Assembly: GCA_963707505.1 (NCBI GenBank)
Contig: CAVPQB010000006.1
Coordinates: forward strand, 288,001-352,000
Direction of reading: 5' to 3'
Source of the DNA: an uncultured Gemmatimonadales bacterium
GTDB lineage: Bacteria > Gemmatimonadota > Gemmatimonadetes > Gemmatimonadales > Gemmatimonadaceae
Length of the DNA stretch: 64,000 nt
Shown: positions 19,455-29,046 of the stretch, one piece after another
How the letters are laid out: every line of letters starts with the position of its first letter
How positions within the stretch are numbered: position 1 is the stretch's first letter
Made by a program: the position numbers and the translations under genes
Notes under the pieces: generated by a model
Seen by the model: only the letters and a program-made list of their open reading frames with translations
Told to the model about the DNA's origin: nothing
Databases searched by the model: none

Positions 19455-21265
19455 CGATCTCCGGGCCGGTTACAACGAACCCACAGTTTGTGCCGGCATC
19501 CAGCCTGGATATCTCGCTGGATGTGGAGACTCCGGAGCAGATCGCTCTATCCTATTCCATCGCAGGAATAGGATCACGTGGCGCTGCAGCGGCGATCGAT
19601 ACCCTGATCAGCTTCGCGATACTCGTCGCATTGACGGTGATATTGCTGATCGCAGCTGATCACATGGGGCCCAGGCCGGCAAAGGCGCCTCCGTCGTCGG
19701 CGTGGGTGCTCGCATTCTACTTCATCGCGCAGTTCGTGATAATGTGGGGCTACTACGTGATATTCGAGGGGATCTGGGATGGCCAGACTCCCGGAAAGCG
19801 AATCATGAAGCTACGTGTCGTTCGGGATGGTGGGTTTTCAGTCACGTTCGGCGCGTCTGCGGTGCGGAATCTGCTGCGGGTCGTCGATGCGTTTGGAGTC
19901 TACCTCGTCGCAATCGTCGTCGCGCTAATGAACAGCTCGCGCAAGCGACTTGGCGACATCGTTGCCGGCACGTTCGTCGTGAAGGAGGAGCGGGCGCAGG
20001 CTCGCTCCTCGCCGTTGCCGGCGGCAGTGCAGAATCGCAACATGTTTGCCCGTCTCAATGATGACGAATACTCGGTGCTCGAGCGTTATGTCGAGCGACG
20101 TGGCACACTCGACCCTGGGCACAGAGACTTGATCGTCGCACAGCTGGCGACCAGGTTTGCGGAGCATCTGCCAACGGCGACGTCTGCGAGAGGGGCGCTC
20201 GTGCGGTTGTATGAATCCGAGCGAGATGCAAGGGCGAGTGGTGTTGCAGCCCGGAGCGACACCGGCGCTCGACGAGAGCAACATGCAATTGTCGCGTTGG
20301 GTCTCAAGCGCTGGAATGATTTCGCAACGGCGCTCGACGCTGCGTACAAGAAGGGGCTATCGCGAATGGCGCCCGAAGACGTATCGGCCCTTGTGGCGCG
20401 CTACAGGGAGATGACGACCGATCTGGCGCGACTTCAGACTGCGAGTCGCGGCAGGAACAACGAGTCTCTGTTTTACGTGAGTCGTCTGGTTGCACGCGGG
20501 CACAATCTGTTGTACCGGCAGCGTGGACGCACGATCGCTACGTTCTTTGAGTACATAACGGACACCGTACCGTCGGAAGTACGACGGTCGTGGCGGCCTA
20601 TTGCACTGGCTGCGCTGTTGTTGTTCGGGCCAGCAGCGGCTGCCTACATCACCATCGTTCAGAATCCGGCAATCGCCAGCCAGATACTGCCCGATGAGAT
20701 GATAAGTAGAGCGACAACAGGAAACGAGAGAGAGAAGCGCGGTGAAGGATATGTATCCATCCCGGAAGAGATTCGCCCGGTTGTAGCAAGCAGGATCATA
20801 TCGAACAACGTGACGGTGACGTATCTCACCTTCGCGATGGGGTTGACGGCAGGAATCGGAACAATCCTCATGCTCGTGTTCAACGGCGTCGCAATTGGAA
20901 GCGGCGTTGGCCTGTTTGCATCACGCGGCGTGGTAAGACTCATCCTTGCGTTCATCGCGCCACATGGCGTTCTCGAGCTGAGCGCAATCTGCATCGCAGG
21001 TGGTGGAGGATTGCTGATCGCCAAAGGAATTCTGCTTCCGCTCAATAGAACGCGGCGAGACGCGCTGGTCGAAAACGGAAGACGTGCAATCGATCTCATC
21101 GCTGCGTCGACTCTGTTACTGATCGTTGCGGGAACTCTGGAAGGATTGGTATCACCGCGAGTATGGCCGCTGAGCTGGAAGCTCATCATCTCGGGTGTGA
21201 CGGCGATTTTGATGCTCGGCTATCTGTCGCTGGGGCGGCGGGTCAAAGCGTCGAGCGCTCCTTGA
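19451..21265 (+). CDS. RDD-family domain fused to a SpoIIM (DUF95)-like membrane domain
   Basis: ETPEQ, GQTPGKR, KRLGDIVAGT (RDD); NNVTV, PHGVLEL, AGTLEGLVSP (SpoIIM-like); ATGA overlap with mnmE. Confidence 0.85.
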   Translation: MTISGPVTTNPQFVPASSLDISLDVETPEQIALSYSIAGIGSRGAAAAIDTLISFAILVALTVILLIAADHMGPRPAKAPPSSAWVLAFYFIAQFVIMWGYYVIFEGIWDGQTPGKRIMKLRVVRDGGFSVTFGASAVRNLLRVVDAFGVYLVAIVVALMNSSRKRLGDIVAGTFVVKEERAQARSSPLPAAVQNRNMFARLNDDEYSVLERYVERRGTLDPGHRDLIVAQLATRFAEHLPTATSARGALVRLYESERDARASGVAARSDTGARREQHAIVALGLKRWNDFATALDAAYKKGLSRMAPEDVSALVARYREMTTDLARLQTASRGRNNESLFYVSRLVARGHNLLYRQRGRTIATFFEYITDTVPSEVRRSWRPIALAALLLFGPAAAAYITIVQNPAIASQILPDEMISRATTGNEREKRGEGYVSIPEEIRPVVASRIISNNVTVTYLTFAMGLTAGIGTILMLVFNGVAIGSGVGLFASRGVVRLILAFIAPHGVLELSAICIAGGGGLLIAKGILLPLNRTRRDALVENGRRAIDLIAASTLLLIVAGTLEGLVSPRVWPLSWKLIISGVTAILMLGYLSLGRRVKASSAP

Positions 21266-22613
21266 TTTCCAGATAGCGATTGATCAGAGCCGCGGTCATG
21301 CCTCTCGGTGCTGTATCGAGGACTGCGACTCCGGCCTGACGCATGATCTGAAGCGCTTCATCCCGTGCTGAGAGAAGCTCCTCCGCCGCGGCGCTCTCGT
21401 AGGTCTGCTCATCGCTGGCATCTGGCGACGGAACGGATGCCAGGACCAGTTGCTCGTTCCGCAAGGCGACAACCAGCGGAAGATGGCGCTCGGCGCTTCG
21501 TGCGGTCAGCGCTATCACGGCACGTGAGGAACGGACGTCTATCACGTCGGTGAAGAGGACAATGAGTGAGCGACGCCGATTGCGCTCGGTGAGGGTACGG
21601 AATGCGGCTGCGTAATCCGGTTCTGTCATCGTTGCCGTGACGCCGGTCAATGCGTCCCGGAGCGCACCGAGGGTGCCTGGGGCGCGTGTCGGCGCGATGT
21701 AACGGCGGACAAGCGAGTCGAAGACGATCAGACCGACGCGATCGCCGGTGGAGAGAGCGATGTCCGCAAGAGTCAGTGCTGACGCGAGAGCGTACTCGAA
21801 GCGCGGCCTGTCGCCTGCGAGCTGAGTCATCATTCTGCCGCAGTCGATCGCAATCATGATGGTCTGGCCCTGCTCCACCGTGAACTCGCGCGAGATGAGG
21901 CGGTGACGACGTGCGGTGGCCTTCCAGTCGATGCGACGTGGGTCATCGCCCGGTACATAGTCGCGGAGATTGGCGAACGATGTTCCTGCACCACGCCGGC
22001 GTATCACACGCTGGCCCGCGGTTCTCACCCGGTGTTGCGCAGCGAGGAGACGATAACGACCGGCGTTAGCCATTGACGGGATTATCGAAATAGTATCATT
22101 TAGATAATAAATCACCGACCGCCGGACGAGCTTCCATGGGCCACGGATGGTGATTGCAACCGGGCCAAGTGCGAACGTGCCGCGAGATCGTCCTGTAATC
22201 GTCAGATCGGCGAGGAGTGGGCTATCCGGGCCGACTTCCATCTTGTTTGCGTGAAGGTTGGCGGCAACGAGTGCTGAGGGGAGTTGTTGAGTCATGAAGA
22301 CACTCAGTGCGGCAGGCCACGACGACGTGATCGTGTAGCTTCCCGATCTGCTGTCACCGACACCAATCGTGGCCGGGAAATCACGCGTCAGTTCCACGTA
22401 ACGTGCGCCGGGAATCCGTAGCGCATCGACAAGGACTGCGATCGCGATGATTGCGACTACTGCAGTCGCGGTTGCCTGACCAGCCGTGCTCGAGGAAAGA
22501 ATCCAGGCCGGTGCAGCTATCGCTACCACCAATGCCAGTCTCGGCGTCGGAGCGTATCTCGCGAGTGACCGCAATGGCTGGGTGATACGGCCGAACAGCC
22601 GCGAAAAAATCAC
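21243..22613 (-). CDS. DUF58 / vWA-like protein
   Basis: LRDYVPGDDPRRIDWKATAR, IDCGRMM, VLFTD. Confidence 0.9.
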   Translation of the reverse strand: MIFSRLFGRITQPLRSLARYAPTPRLALVVAIAAPAWILSSSTAGQATATAVVAIIAIAVLVDALRIPGARYVELTRDFPATIGVGDSRSGSYTITSSWPAALSVFMTQQLPSALVAANLHANKMEVGPDSPLLADLTITGRSRGTFALGPVAITIRGPWKLVRRSVIYYLNDTISIIPSMANAGRYRLLAAQHRVRTAGQRVIRRRGAGTSFANLRDYVPGDDPRRIDWKATARRHRLISREFTVEQGQTIMIAIDCGRMMTQLAGDRPRFEYALASALTLADIALSTGDRVGLIVFDSLVRRYIAPTRAPGTLGALRDALTGVTATMTEPDYAAAFRTLTERNRRRSLIVLFTDVIDVRSSRAVIALTARSAERHLPLVVALRNEQLVLASVPSPDASDEQTYESAAAEELLSARDEALQIMRQAGVAVLDTAPRGMTAALINRYLEIKERSTL

Positions 22614-22650
22614 GGCAGATGCACCCTGGCTGCACTGACCGGCGCAGGAC

Positions 22651-23610
22651 TCATTGCGGTGCCGGCACTCGTGCCAGGATTGCCGTGATCACGTCGTCTG
22701 TCGAGCGGCCCTCGACCTGGAGCTCGGGCGACAGAAGAACACGGTGACGCAACACGGGCAGTGCGTGCTGCTTCACATCGTCAGGGGTGGCGAAGTCGCG
22801 GCCTGCCACGAGCGCAGAGGCTCGCGCTATACGGAAAAGCGCGACTGCCGCGCGCGGCGATGCACCGAGTGTCAGTGATGTATCCTCGCGCGTGGCGCGT
22901 ACGATGTCAGTGATGTACTCGCGGACATCGACCGTCACGTTGACGCTATCCGTCATCGTGCGAAGTTGTAACACTTCCGCACCTGTCACGACGGGCGTGG
23001 GCATGAACGTACTCGCACGCTCCGCGTCGAATCCTCCGGAATAGTTCTCGAGCATTGCGAGCTCGGCACTCCTCGCCGGATAGCCGATTCGCACGTTGAC
23101 GAGAAAACGATCCAGCTGCGCTTCCGGGAGTGGGTACGTGCCTTCGTATTCCACGGGGTTCTGCGTCGCAAATACGCTGAACATGTCACCGAGTGGATGC
23201 GTCACACCATCGACAGTGACCTGGCGTTCCTGCATCGCCTCGAGCAACGCCGACTGGGTTTTGGCCGGCGCGCGGTTGATCTCATCCGCCAAAAGGAGAT
23301 CGGTGAATATCGGGCCTGGACGAAACTCGAATGCACGCGATGATTCCTGATAAACGCTCACGCCAGCGACGTCGGATGGCATGAGGTCGGGAGTGAACTG
23401 AACACGTCCGAAGCGCACATCCAATGCGCCGGCGAGTACTCGAACAAGCAATGTTTTCGCCGTGCCAGGAACGCCTTCGAGCAGAATGTGTCCCCGGGCA
23501 ACGAATGCGGCGAGGATCTGATCGATTACCTCTTCCTGGCCAATGACACGGGCTGCGACGGTGTCGCGAATGCGCTGGAGCGCGGCGGATGTAGCGGTGA
23601 GATCAGTCAC
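22651..23610 (-). CDS. MoxR-family AAA+ ATPase
   Basis: EGVPGTAKT, QFTPDLMPSD, DEINRAPAKTQSALLE, YPLPEAQLDRF, GASPR. Confidence 0.96.
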   Translation of the reverse strand: MTDLTATSAALQRIRDTVAARVIGQEEVIDQILAAFVARGHILLEGVPGTAKTLLVRVLAGALDVRFGRVQFTPDLMPSDVAGVSVYQESSRAFEFRPGPIFTDLLLADEINRAPAKTQSALLEAMQERQVTVDGVTHPLGDMFSVFATQNPVEYEGTYPLPEAQLDRFLVNVRIGYPARSAELAMLENYSGGFDAERASTFMPTPVVTGAEVLQLRTMTDSVNVTVDVREYITDIVRATREDTSLTLGASPRAAVALFRIARASALVAGRDFATPDDVKQHALPVLRHRVLLSPELQVEGRSTDDVITAILARVPAPQ

Positions 23611-24881
23611 TCTCGAAATGCCCTCTCGATGTTCGCGACCGCGGCGCCAATGGCGGCGAGATGGTCTGATGAGTTCGGTGAATCTGGTGCAAGAGCAGTC
23701 GCTATGCGATCGATATCCGGGGACGCGACCGGAAGCCGGTCGCGCAGTGCCGACAGGTAGTTCGAATTCGATACTGATCGAGGCAAACCAAGCGAATGGC
23801 GCCGCCGGAGGCCGCGCACCAGCATGCCAGTACCGAGGCTACGTGCGTCGACCTGCGAGTACGCGTGCGCAAGTGCGCCAACGTGCTCGAGTGGCGAGCG
23901 ACGCGAGATCAAGGGGACCGGCACCGGTGCAAGTGGTCGCACGGCGAACGCAAGGAGAAGTACCAGCGCCGCGGCGACGATCCCAAGCGTCACGCGCCCT
24001 GGTGGAGTGTCGGTGAGCGCACGGGTGACGGCAGCTGGCATGTCGGCGTGAGTTCCGAAGCCGTGATGATATTCGTCGAAAACGACGCTGCGCGGCCGTT
24101 TCTGAGAAGATGCGGAGCCATTCGCGAATTGGAGCGCGCGCACGATCGCGATGGCTGCTTGCGGGTCATGCATGACCTGATTCATCAGGATCTGAGCCGG
24201 CGCAACGGCGATCACGTAGCCCCGACCAAATCTGTGACCGAGTACCAACGCCGGTCGGTGAGCCGAATCGGATTTTGCTTTCTCGTCGTTGGGCAATGGC
24301 TGGAGCCAGAGGAATGTCTGGTTGTCCGACTTTGATTTCGACGTGACGGTCACGGATATGGGGAAGGCGGCCTGAAAGGCGGCACGCGGGTCCTGTGTTG
24401 CGGGAGTCGACGGATTGCCTCCGGCGACGCTTGTTCGGCTCAATGTGTAGAATCCACTCGGCGATGAATTCAGCTCGAAGCCGAGTGAATCTGTCAGCTC
24501 GTCGTCGTCCGGGGTGAATATGAGAACCATGCCGCGACGCACTGTCGCCAGAACTTGCGTCCGCTCGATCGTCGTGAGCGGTTGTGCGGGTTGTATGAGA
24601 GCGTAAGCAGAGGTCGAATCAAGGGCGGAGGCTGAAGTGAGCGGCCTTTCGTTGCGGCTCGTGACGAAGCCGAGCCGGGCAAGCGTTTCGTAGAGAGCTC
24701 TGACGCCGCCAGCTCCGACCGCGTAGGAGCTGTACGCCGTTCCCACATCTTCTCGTTCCTGTGGCGCGAAGAGGACAAAAATGACCAGCAGAACCGCTAC
24801 AGCGGAGAGAACGCGGGCAGGCGTAAACAGGCTACCACCAGTCGGCGCCTCAAATCCGGCGATGGGTGGCGCCGCGCTCAT
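23607..24881 (-). CDS. DUF4350-domain membrane protein
   Basis: N-terminal TM, SSYAVGAGGVRAL, VFDEYHHG, second TM; position in the MoxR cluster. Confidence 0.8.
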   Translation of the reverse strand: MSAAPPIAGFEAPTGGSLFTPARVLSAVAVLLVIFVLFAPQEREDVGTAYSSYAVGAGGVRALYETLARLGFVTSRNERPLTSASALDSTSAYALIQPAQPLTTIERTQVLATVRRGMVLIFTPDDDELTDSLGFELNSSPSGFYTLSRTSVAGGNPSTPATQDPRAAFQAAFPISVTVTSKSKSDNQTFLWLQPLPNDEKAKSDSAHRPALVLGHRFGRGYVIAVAPAQILMNQVMHDPQAAIAIVRALQFANGSASSQKRPRSVVFDEYHHGFGTHADMPAAVTRALTDTPPGRVTLGIVAAALVLLLAFAVRPLAPVPVPLISRRSPLEHVGALAHAYSQVDARSLGTGMLVRGLRRRHSLGLPRSVSNSNYLSALRDRLPVASPDIDRIATALAPDSPNSSDHLAAIGAAVANIERAFRE

Positions 24882-25537
24882 TGCCTGACGCCGGACGCAG
24901 TATTACCGGCAGCGTCCACAGCAGCATTCGCAGCGGATTTCGATGGAAAGGCCGTTAAGAGGTTACCTGCCAGAGCATTGAGAGTAGTGAAGCGGTCTCT
25001 GTCACATGTGCCAATGCCGTAGATCACCGTTTCGTACGAGCGTGTGAAGTCGGTGAAGCGCGGCAGGTCGATCGCGTCTGGTTTTCTGCGAAGCTCGCGA
25101 AGGTAATCGCCTGTGGTCTTGGATTCGTGGAGAGATACGAGTCCGCGGCGTGCGACTGCCCCAATGAGCGCGAGATAGAGAGCGTGCGCTGCGCCGGTAT
25201 AGTCGTTATGTGCGGCGAGCGTCTGTGCGGTGGTCCACCAATCAGTGCGGCGGTCGGACTCGAACCGCCGCAATCCGATTGCGGATGGTGCGAAACGGGC
25301 GACGAGGCCGTACACGATTCGAGCGAGTACGACCAGCAAGGCCAATCCGAGGGCGATGCGAAACACGATGCCGACCGCTGGGTGACTCTGGGCAAAGCCG
25401 AAGAATCGAAGAACCAGATTCCATATCCACTCTGCGATCAGCTCGCTGATGGAAACAGTGCCGCGGCCGGCAAAGGTGCTGCTGCGGAAGACGGCGGCGA
25501 CTGTATCCGCGATCGCGGCGTTATCGAAGGGACCCAT
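24878..25537 (-). CDS. DUF4129-domain membrane protein
   Basis: TM followed by AHALY, KTTGDY, YETVIYG; MoxR-cluster context. Confidence 0.75.
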   Translation of the reverse strand: MGPFDNAAIADTVAAVFRSSTFAGRGTVSISELIAEWIWNLVLRFFGFAQSHPAVGIVFRIALGLALLVVLARIVYGLVARFAPSAIGLRRFESDRRTDWWTTAQTLAAHNDYTGAAHALYLALIGAVARRGLVSLHESKTTGDYLRELRRKPDAIDLPRFTDFTRSYETVIYGIGTCDRDRFTTLNALAGNLLTAFPSKSAANAAVDAAGNTASGVRQ

Positions 25538-25564
25538 TAGTATCGAATAGATACTAATCTTGAA

Positions 25565-26320
25565 TCAGGATGCCGGATGCAACTGCGGTGCTCCGAGGGC
25601 CTGTGTCATGAGCTCGATGTCGTAGCCTTCTCTGCGTATCCGGATGTCGTAGTACAACAGGGTCGCGACGATGCTGGAGAATGGCGATATCGCGGTAGTC
25701 AGCACGAGAGTAACAATAGCGGTAGCTGCTGCGCTGTGCGCGAAGGCCTGAACGAGTTGCAGCAATATGCCTGTTGCGATGAGCACAAAAAGAAAGACTC
25801 CGCCCAGCAGGGCGAATATGCGAGTGCCATTGCCGTTGGCGAGCTCGCGCGAGCGCGACACGGCATCACCGACCTTGTTATCCTCGAACAATACGGTCAT
25901 GGGAAGCGCAAAGTAGCGTTTGAAGACCAGAAGTCCGGGCGCTATGAAGAGGATAAGACCAAAGAGGATGAGGATCCACTTGGTGATCATGGCGATGAAC
26001 AGTCTGCCGGGGTGGCTGAATGCTGCGCGCATTGACTGCTCGAAATCGACCTGATTGCCGAGGTATGCGGCCGAGGTAGCGCATGCGATGGCGCCCTCGG
26101 TGAATGGAGATATGAGCACGCCAGCGAAGCGGATGAGTGCGGATGTGAACAATCCATCCGTCTGCTGTAGTAACATCGCTGTCTGGCCAAAATAGGACGA
26201 GATAGCCCAGGGTACTGCCGCCAGGACGTTGATCGCCATGAAGACCGCGAAGTGGCGCCGATAGATCTCGAATGCTGCATCGAGTATCTCGGAGTTGGAG
26301 CGCGGGCGAAAGTCGGACAT
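25565..26320 (-). CDS. Polytopic membrane protein of the MoxR/DUF58 cluster
   Basis: RPRSNSEILDAAF start, RSRELA, LLYYDIRIRREGYDI C-terminal motif. Confidence 0.75.
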   Translation of the reverse strand: MSDFRPRSNSEILDAAFEIYRRHFAVFMAINVLAAVPWAISSYFGQTAMLLQQTDGLFTSALIRFAGVLISPFTEGAIACATSAAYLGNQVDFEQSMRAAFSHPGRLFIAMITKWILILFGLILFIAPGLLVFKRYFALPMTVLFEDNKVGDAVSRSRELANGNGTRIFALLGGVFLFVLIATGILLQLVQAFAHSAAATAIVTLVLTTAISPFSSIVATLLYYDIRIRREGYDIELMTQALGAPQLHPAS

Positions 26321-26386
26321 CAGCGCTGCGGGGTGGCGCTGGGGTGTGGCAGCGATGCAAGCTGAGCTGCCATGATGGCTGTCAGG

Positions 26387-27334
26387 TCACGCGCTTGCGG
26401 CGGATGACTGCTGGCCTGCGGCTGCGGCCGCTATCTGTGAAGCGTCTGCGCGAACCGTCCAGGCGAGTCCACGACTGTTAACGGCTGCGTCGGTGAGGCG
26501 AGCTCCGACGAAGTAGCCGCTGCGTTCTGGGATGACGTTACGATCGACGGTACGAGCGTCGTCGCTCATTCCCCCGGATAGATAGCGCAGCCGTAGACCA
26601 AGTCCCGCCCGGTCGAAATGCTTGGCTACGGTGCGCATTATGAAGGGCTCTGCTTCGCGTACTCGAGCGTATTCCTTGCGGGCGTAGCCGAAGTATTCCC
26701 AGGCTGCGTGACCGGGGCTGACCAGCCGACTCGTCTGCACGGCGACGCCTTCGTTGACTATGAGCTCGCGGAGCGACGCGCGTCGGCCGGTTTCCCAGTA
26801 GTCGTAGTATCCGCCGGCTTCCGCTATGAGCTGGCGCATCTCACTCTGGCTGGTGGGCGACGTGTACCGGACGGCGTGCGCGATCTCGTGTGCAAGCCAG
26901 AGGGGGATGAGCTCTGGCTCGAGCCCCAACGCGCTCGTATCAGGGTTGGGCTGTCCGGTGAAATGCTCGAGGGCGATGAATGCCATTCCGCGGCCATCGA
27001 CGACGAGCTCGCCTGCGTTCGCTGCACCGACACCGACCATGAGAACGACATCCGTATCGACGTCGGCTTCGAGGACTCGCCGGCTTTCGGTTTCGGCGAG
27101 ACGAGCCAGTGCGACGACGTCGATGCGTGCGAGCATGGCGCGGAGGTCATCGCGATTGGCATGGGTCGTAGCTCGAACCACTTCCTGGAAGTGCGGACCC
27201 TCGGGATCGAGGACGTAGTTCGTCCAGTACGACTCCAGTATTCGGCGATGTGCTTCGAAGTAGCGCAGATAAGCTGCGACGCGATCTGAGCTGTCTATGA
27301 CAGCGAAAAAATCTGGGAGCAAGTTGATCAGCAT
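26387..27334 (-). CDS. Zincin-like metalloprotein (DUF2268-like)
   Basis: LAHEIAH (HExxH) plus downstream NEGVA; start inferred at MLINLL. Confidence 0.65.
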   Translation of the reverse strand: MLINLLPDFFAVIDSSDRVAAYLRYFEAHRRILESYWTNYVLDPEGPHFQEVVRATTHANRDDLRAMLARIDVVALARLAETESRRVLEADVDTDVVLMVGVGAANAGELVVDGRGMAFIALEHFTGQPNPDTSALGLEPELIPLWLAHEIAHAVRYTSPTSQSEMRQLIAEAGGYYDYWETGRRASLRELIVNEGVAVQTSRLVSPGHAAWEYFGYARKEYARVREAEPFIMRTVAKHFDRAGLGLRLRYLSGGMSDDARTVDRNVIPERSGYFVGARLTDAAVNSRGLAWTVRADASQIAAAAAGQQSSAASA

Positions 27335-27511
27335 CGGCGCCAAGAAAATACCGCGTTGGGAAATGCACAACAAGAGTAAACGGCCAACTCGGCGAATATT
27401 CTCGAGCTGCCGATCGTCCCGTCGAGTATCGGCTGGCGGCATTGACGATCAAATTCGCGCCGTGGCACAGAAATTCCCTATGTGCCAACCGGGGAGGCAA
27501 TTGAAGATCCT

Positions 27512-28162
27512 ATGACTGCATTGCGCAAGATCGAGCTGCGGTGTCCATCGTGCAGCCATGAGTTTCCGTCGGAGACGGTCGTGTCCACCAACTGGTTTGG
27601 TGGCAAGCGAACGGATTTTCATGAACGTGCCGCGGGGGCGCAGCCGTGGGCGTATCAGGTGCACATGTGCGACCGATGCGGCTACTCGGGCGCGGAGCGT
27701 GATTTTACCGATCAGACGGATATCAGCCCGCTCGTACGGGAGCGAGTGTGGAACGAGCTATCGCCGCATGCTCATGGAGCGGTGACTGGATCCGAGAAGT
27801 ACGAAGCCGCGGCCAAGGTGGCGGAGTGGCAGGGCGCCGACCAACGTTACATCGGTGACTTGTGGCTGCGTGCGGCCTGGTGTTGCGTGGATGAAGGCGA
27901 CGTCGAGGCCGAGCGTTATTTCAGGCGGCTAGCAGCCTGGTCGTTCGAGCAGGCGCTGGAATTCTACGATACGGTCCCGCGTGAAGATCGTGCAGTTCTC
28001 GTGTATCTCGTTGGCGAGCTATGGCGGCGCATTGGTGATCTGACGCAGGCGAATGCGTGGTTCGATCTGGTGCCGGACGAGATCACCGACCCGATAGCGC
28101 AGCGATGGGTGATCGAGGCAGCGCGGCGACAGCAAGCCGATCCACGCGAGTGGTTCGCGTAG
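27512..28162 (+). CDS. DUF2225-like protein (Zn ribbon + TPR-like helices)
   Basis: CPSC, TDF, CDRCGY; LRAAW; YLVGELWRRIG. Confidence 0.75.
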   Translation: MTALRKIELRCPSCSHEFPSETVVSTNWFGGKRTDFHERAAGAQPWAYQVHMCDRCGYSGAERDFTDQTDISPLVRERVWNELSPHAHGAVTGSEKYEAAAKVAEWQGADQRYIGDLWLRAAWCCVDEGDVEAERYFRRLAAWSFEQALEFYDTVPREDRAVLVYLVGELWRRIGDLTQANAWFDLVPDEITDPIAQRWVIEAARRQQADPREWFA

Positions 28163-28196
28163 GAGCGGCTTTGGTACGGCTGGCTTTGGTGTGCGT

Positions 28197-28832
28197 TCAG
28201 CGCGTGCCGAAGAGTCTGTCTCCTGCGTCGCCCAGACCGGGAAGTATGTAACCCACGGAATTCAGCTCGCGATCGAGCGATGCTGCGTAGACCTGCACGT
28301 CCGGATGCGAGTCGAGAAGTTTCTGGACGCCTTCCGGTGCCGCGACGAGGCAGAGGAAGCGGATGCGTGTTGCGCCGGTTCTCTTGAGTGACGAGACGGC
28401 AGCGACCGCGCTTCCACCTGTTGCGAGCATGGGATCGAGAAGAAAGAAGTCACGCTCGGCGGCGTCGCCGGGAATCTTGAAGTAGTAGTCGACGGGCTGG
28501 AGAGTCTCGTGATCGCGGTAAAGGCCGATGTGGCCCACTCGTGCTGACGGGACCAGTCTGAGCACTCCCTCAACCATTCCCAGGCCGGCGCGTAGGATTG
28601 GGACGAGCGTCAGCTTCTTGCCACTTATATGATGACCCGTCGTGTGCTCCAGGGGCGTATCCACTTCTCGGGGCTCGATGCCGAGATCCTTGGTAGCCTC
28701 GTAAGCCATCAGGGTCGCTATCTCATCCACCAGTTCCTTGAAGATCTTGGTGGGTGTACGCCTGTCCCGAAGCAGGGTGAGCTTGTGGAGGACAAGCGGG
28801 TGGCGGATAATAGTGAGGTTCGAAAACTCCAT
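28197..28832 (-). CDS. upp: Uracil phosphoribosyltransferase
   Basis: [34 protein letters not shown]. Confidence 0.98.
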   Translation of the reverse strand: MEFSNLTIIRHPLVLHKLTLLRDRRTPTKIFKELVDEIATLMAYEATKDLGIEPREVDTPLEHTTGHHISGKKLTLVPILRAGLGMVEGVLRLVPSARVGHIGLYRDHETLQPVDYYFKIPGDAAERDFFLLDPMLATGGSAVAAVSSLKRTGATRIRFLCLVAAPEGVQKLLDSHPDVQVYAASLDRELNSVGYILPGLGDAGDRLFGTR

Positions 28833-28839
28833 AATCCCA

Positions 28840-29010
28840 ATGAAAGAATATCAGGCAGTAGTGGTCAAGCTTACGCGCCACACGCGTGAGAATGAAGATA
28901 CCCTGACAGATCTGCTCAACGAGCGGATCCGTGGCGGCTGGGAGCCGGCGCTCATAAGTCAGGACAAGGACCAGCTGGTTCTAATATTCTGCAGGTCAGC
29001 CGAGGGTTGA
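28840..29010 (+). CDS. Small DUF4177-like protein (56 aa)
   Basis: [22 protein letters not shown] match the EY..LN..G..GWE..F.R pattern. Confidence 0.65.
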   Translation: MKEYQAVVVKLTRHTRENEDTLTDLLNERIRGGWEPALISQDKDQLVLIFCRSAEG

Positions 29011-29046
29011 CCGATCCCACCAATTAGTACCCAATAGACACTAAAT

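Noticed and set aside
28809..28831. AATAGT-N11-ACTCCA as a tenth palindrome site
   Set aside because: Lacks the invariant C9/G15, the A/T core and most of the right arm
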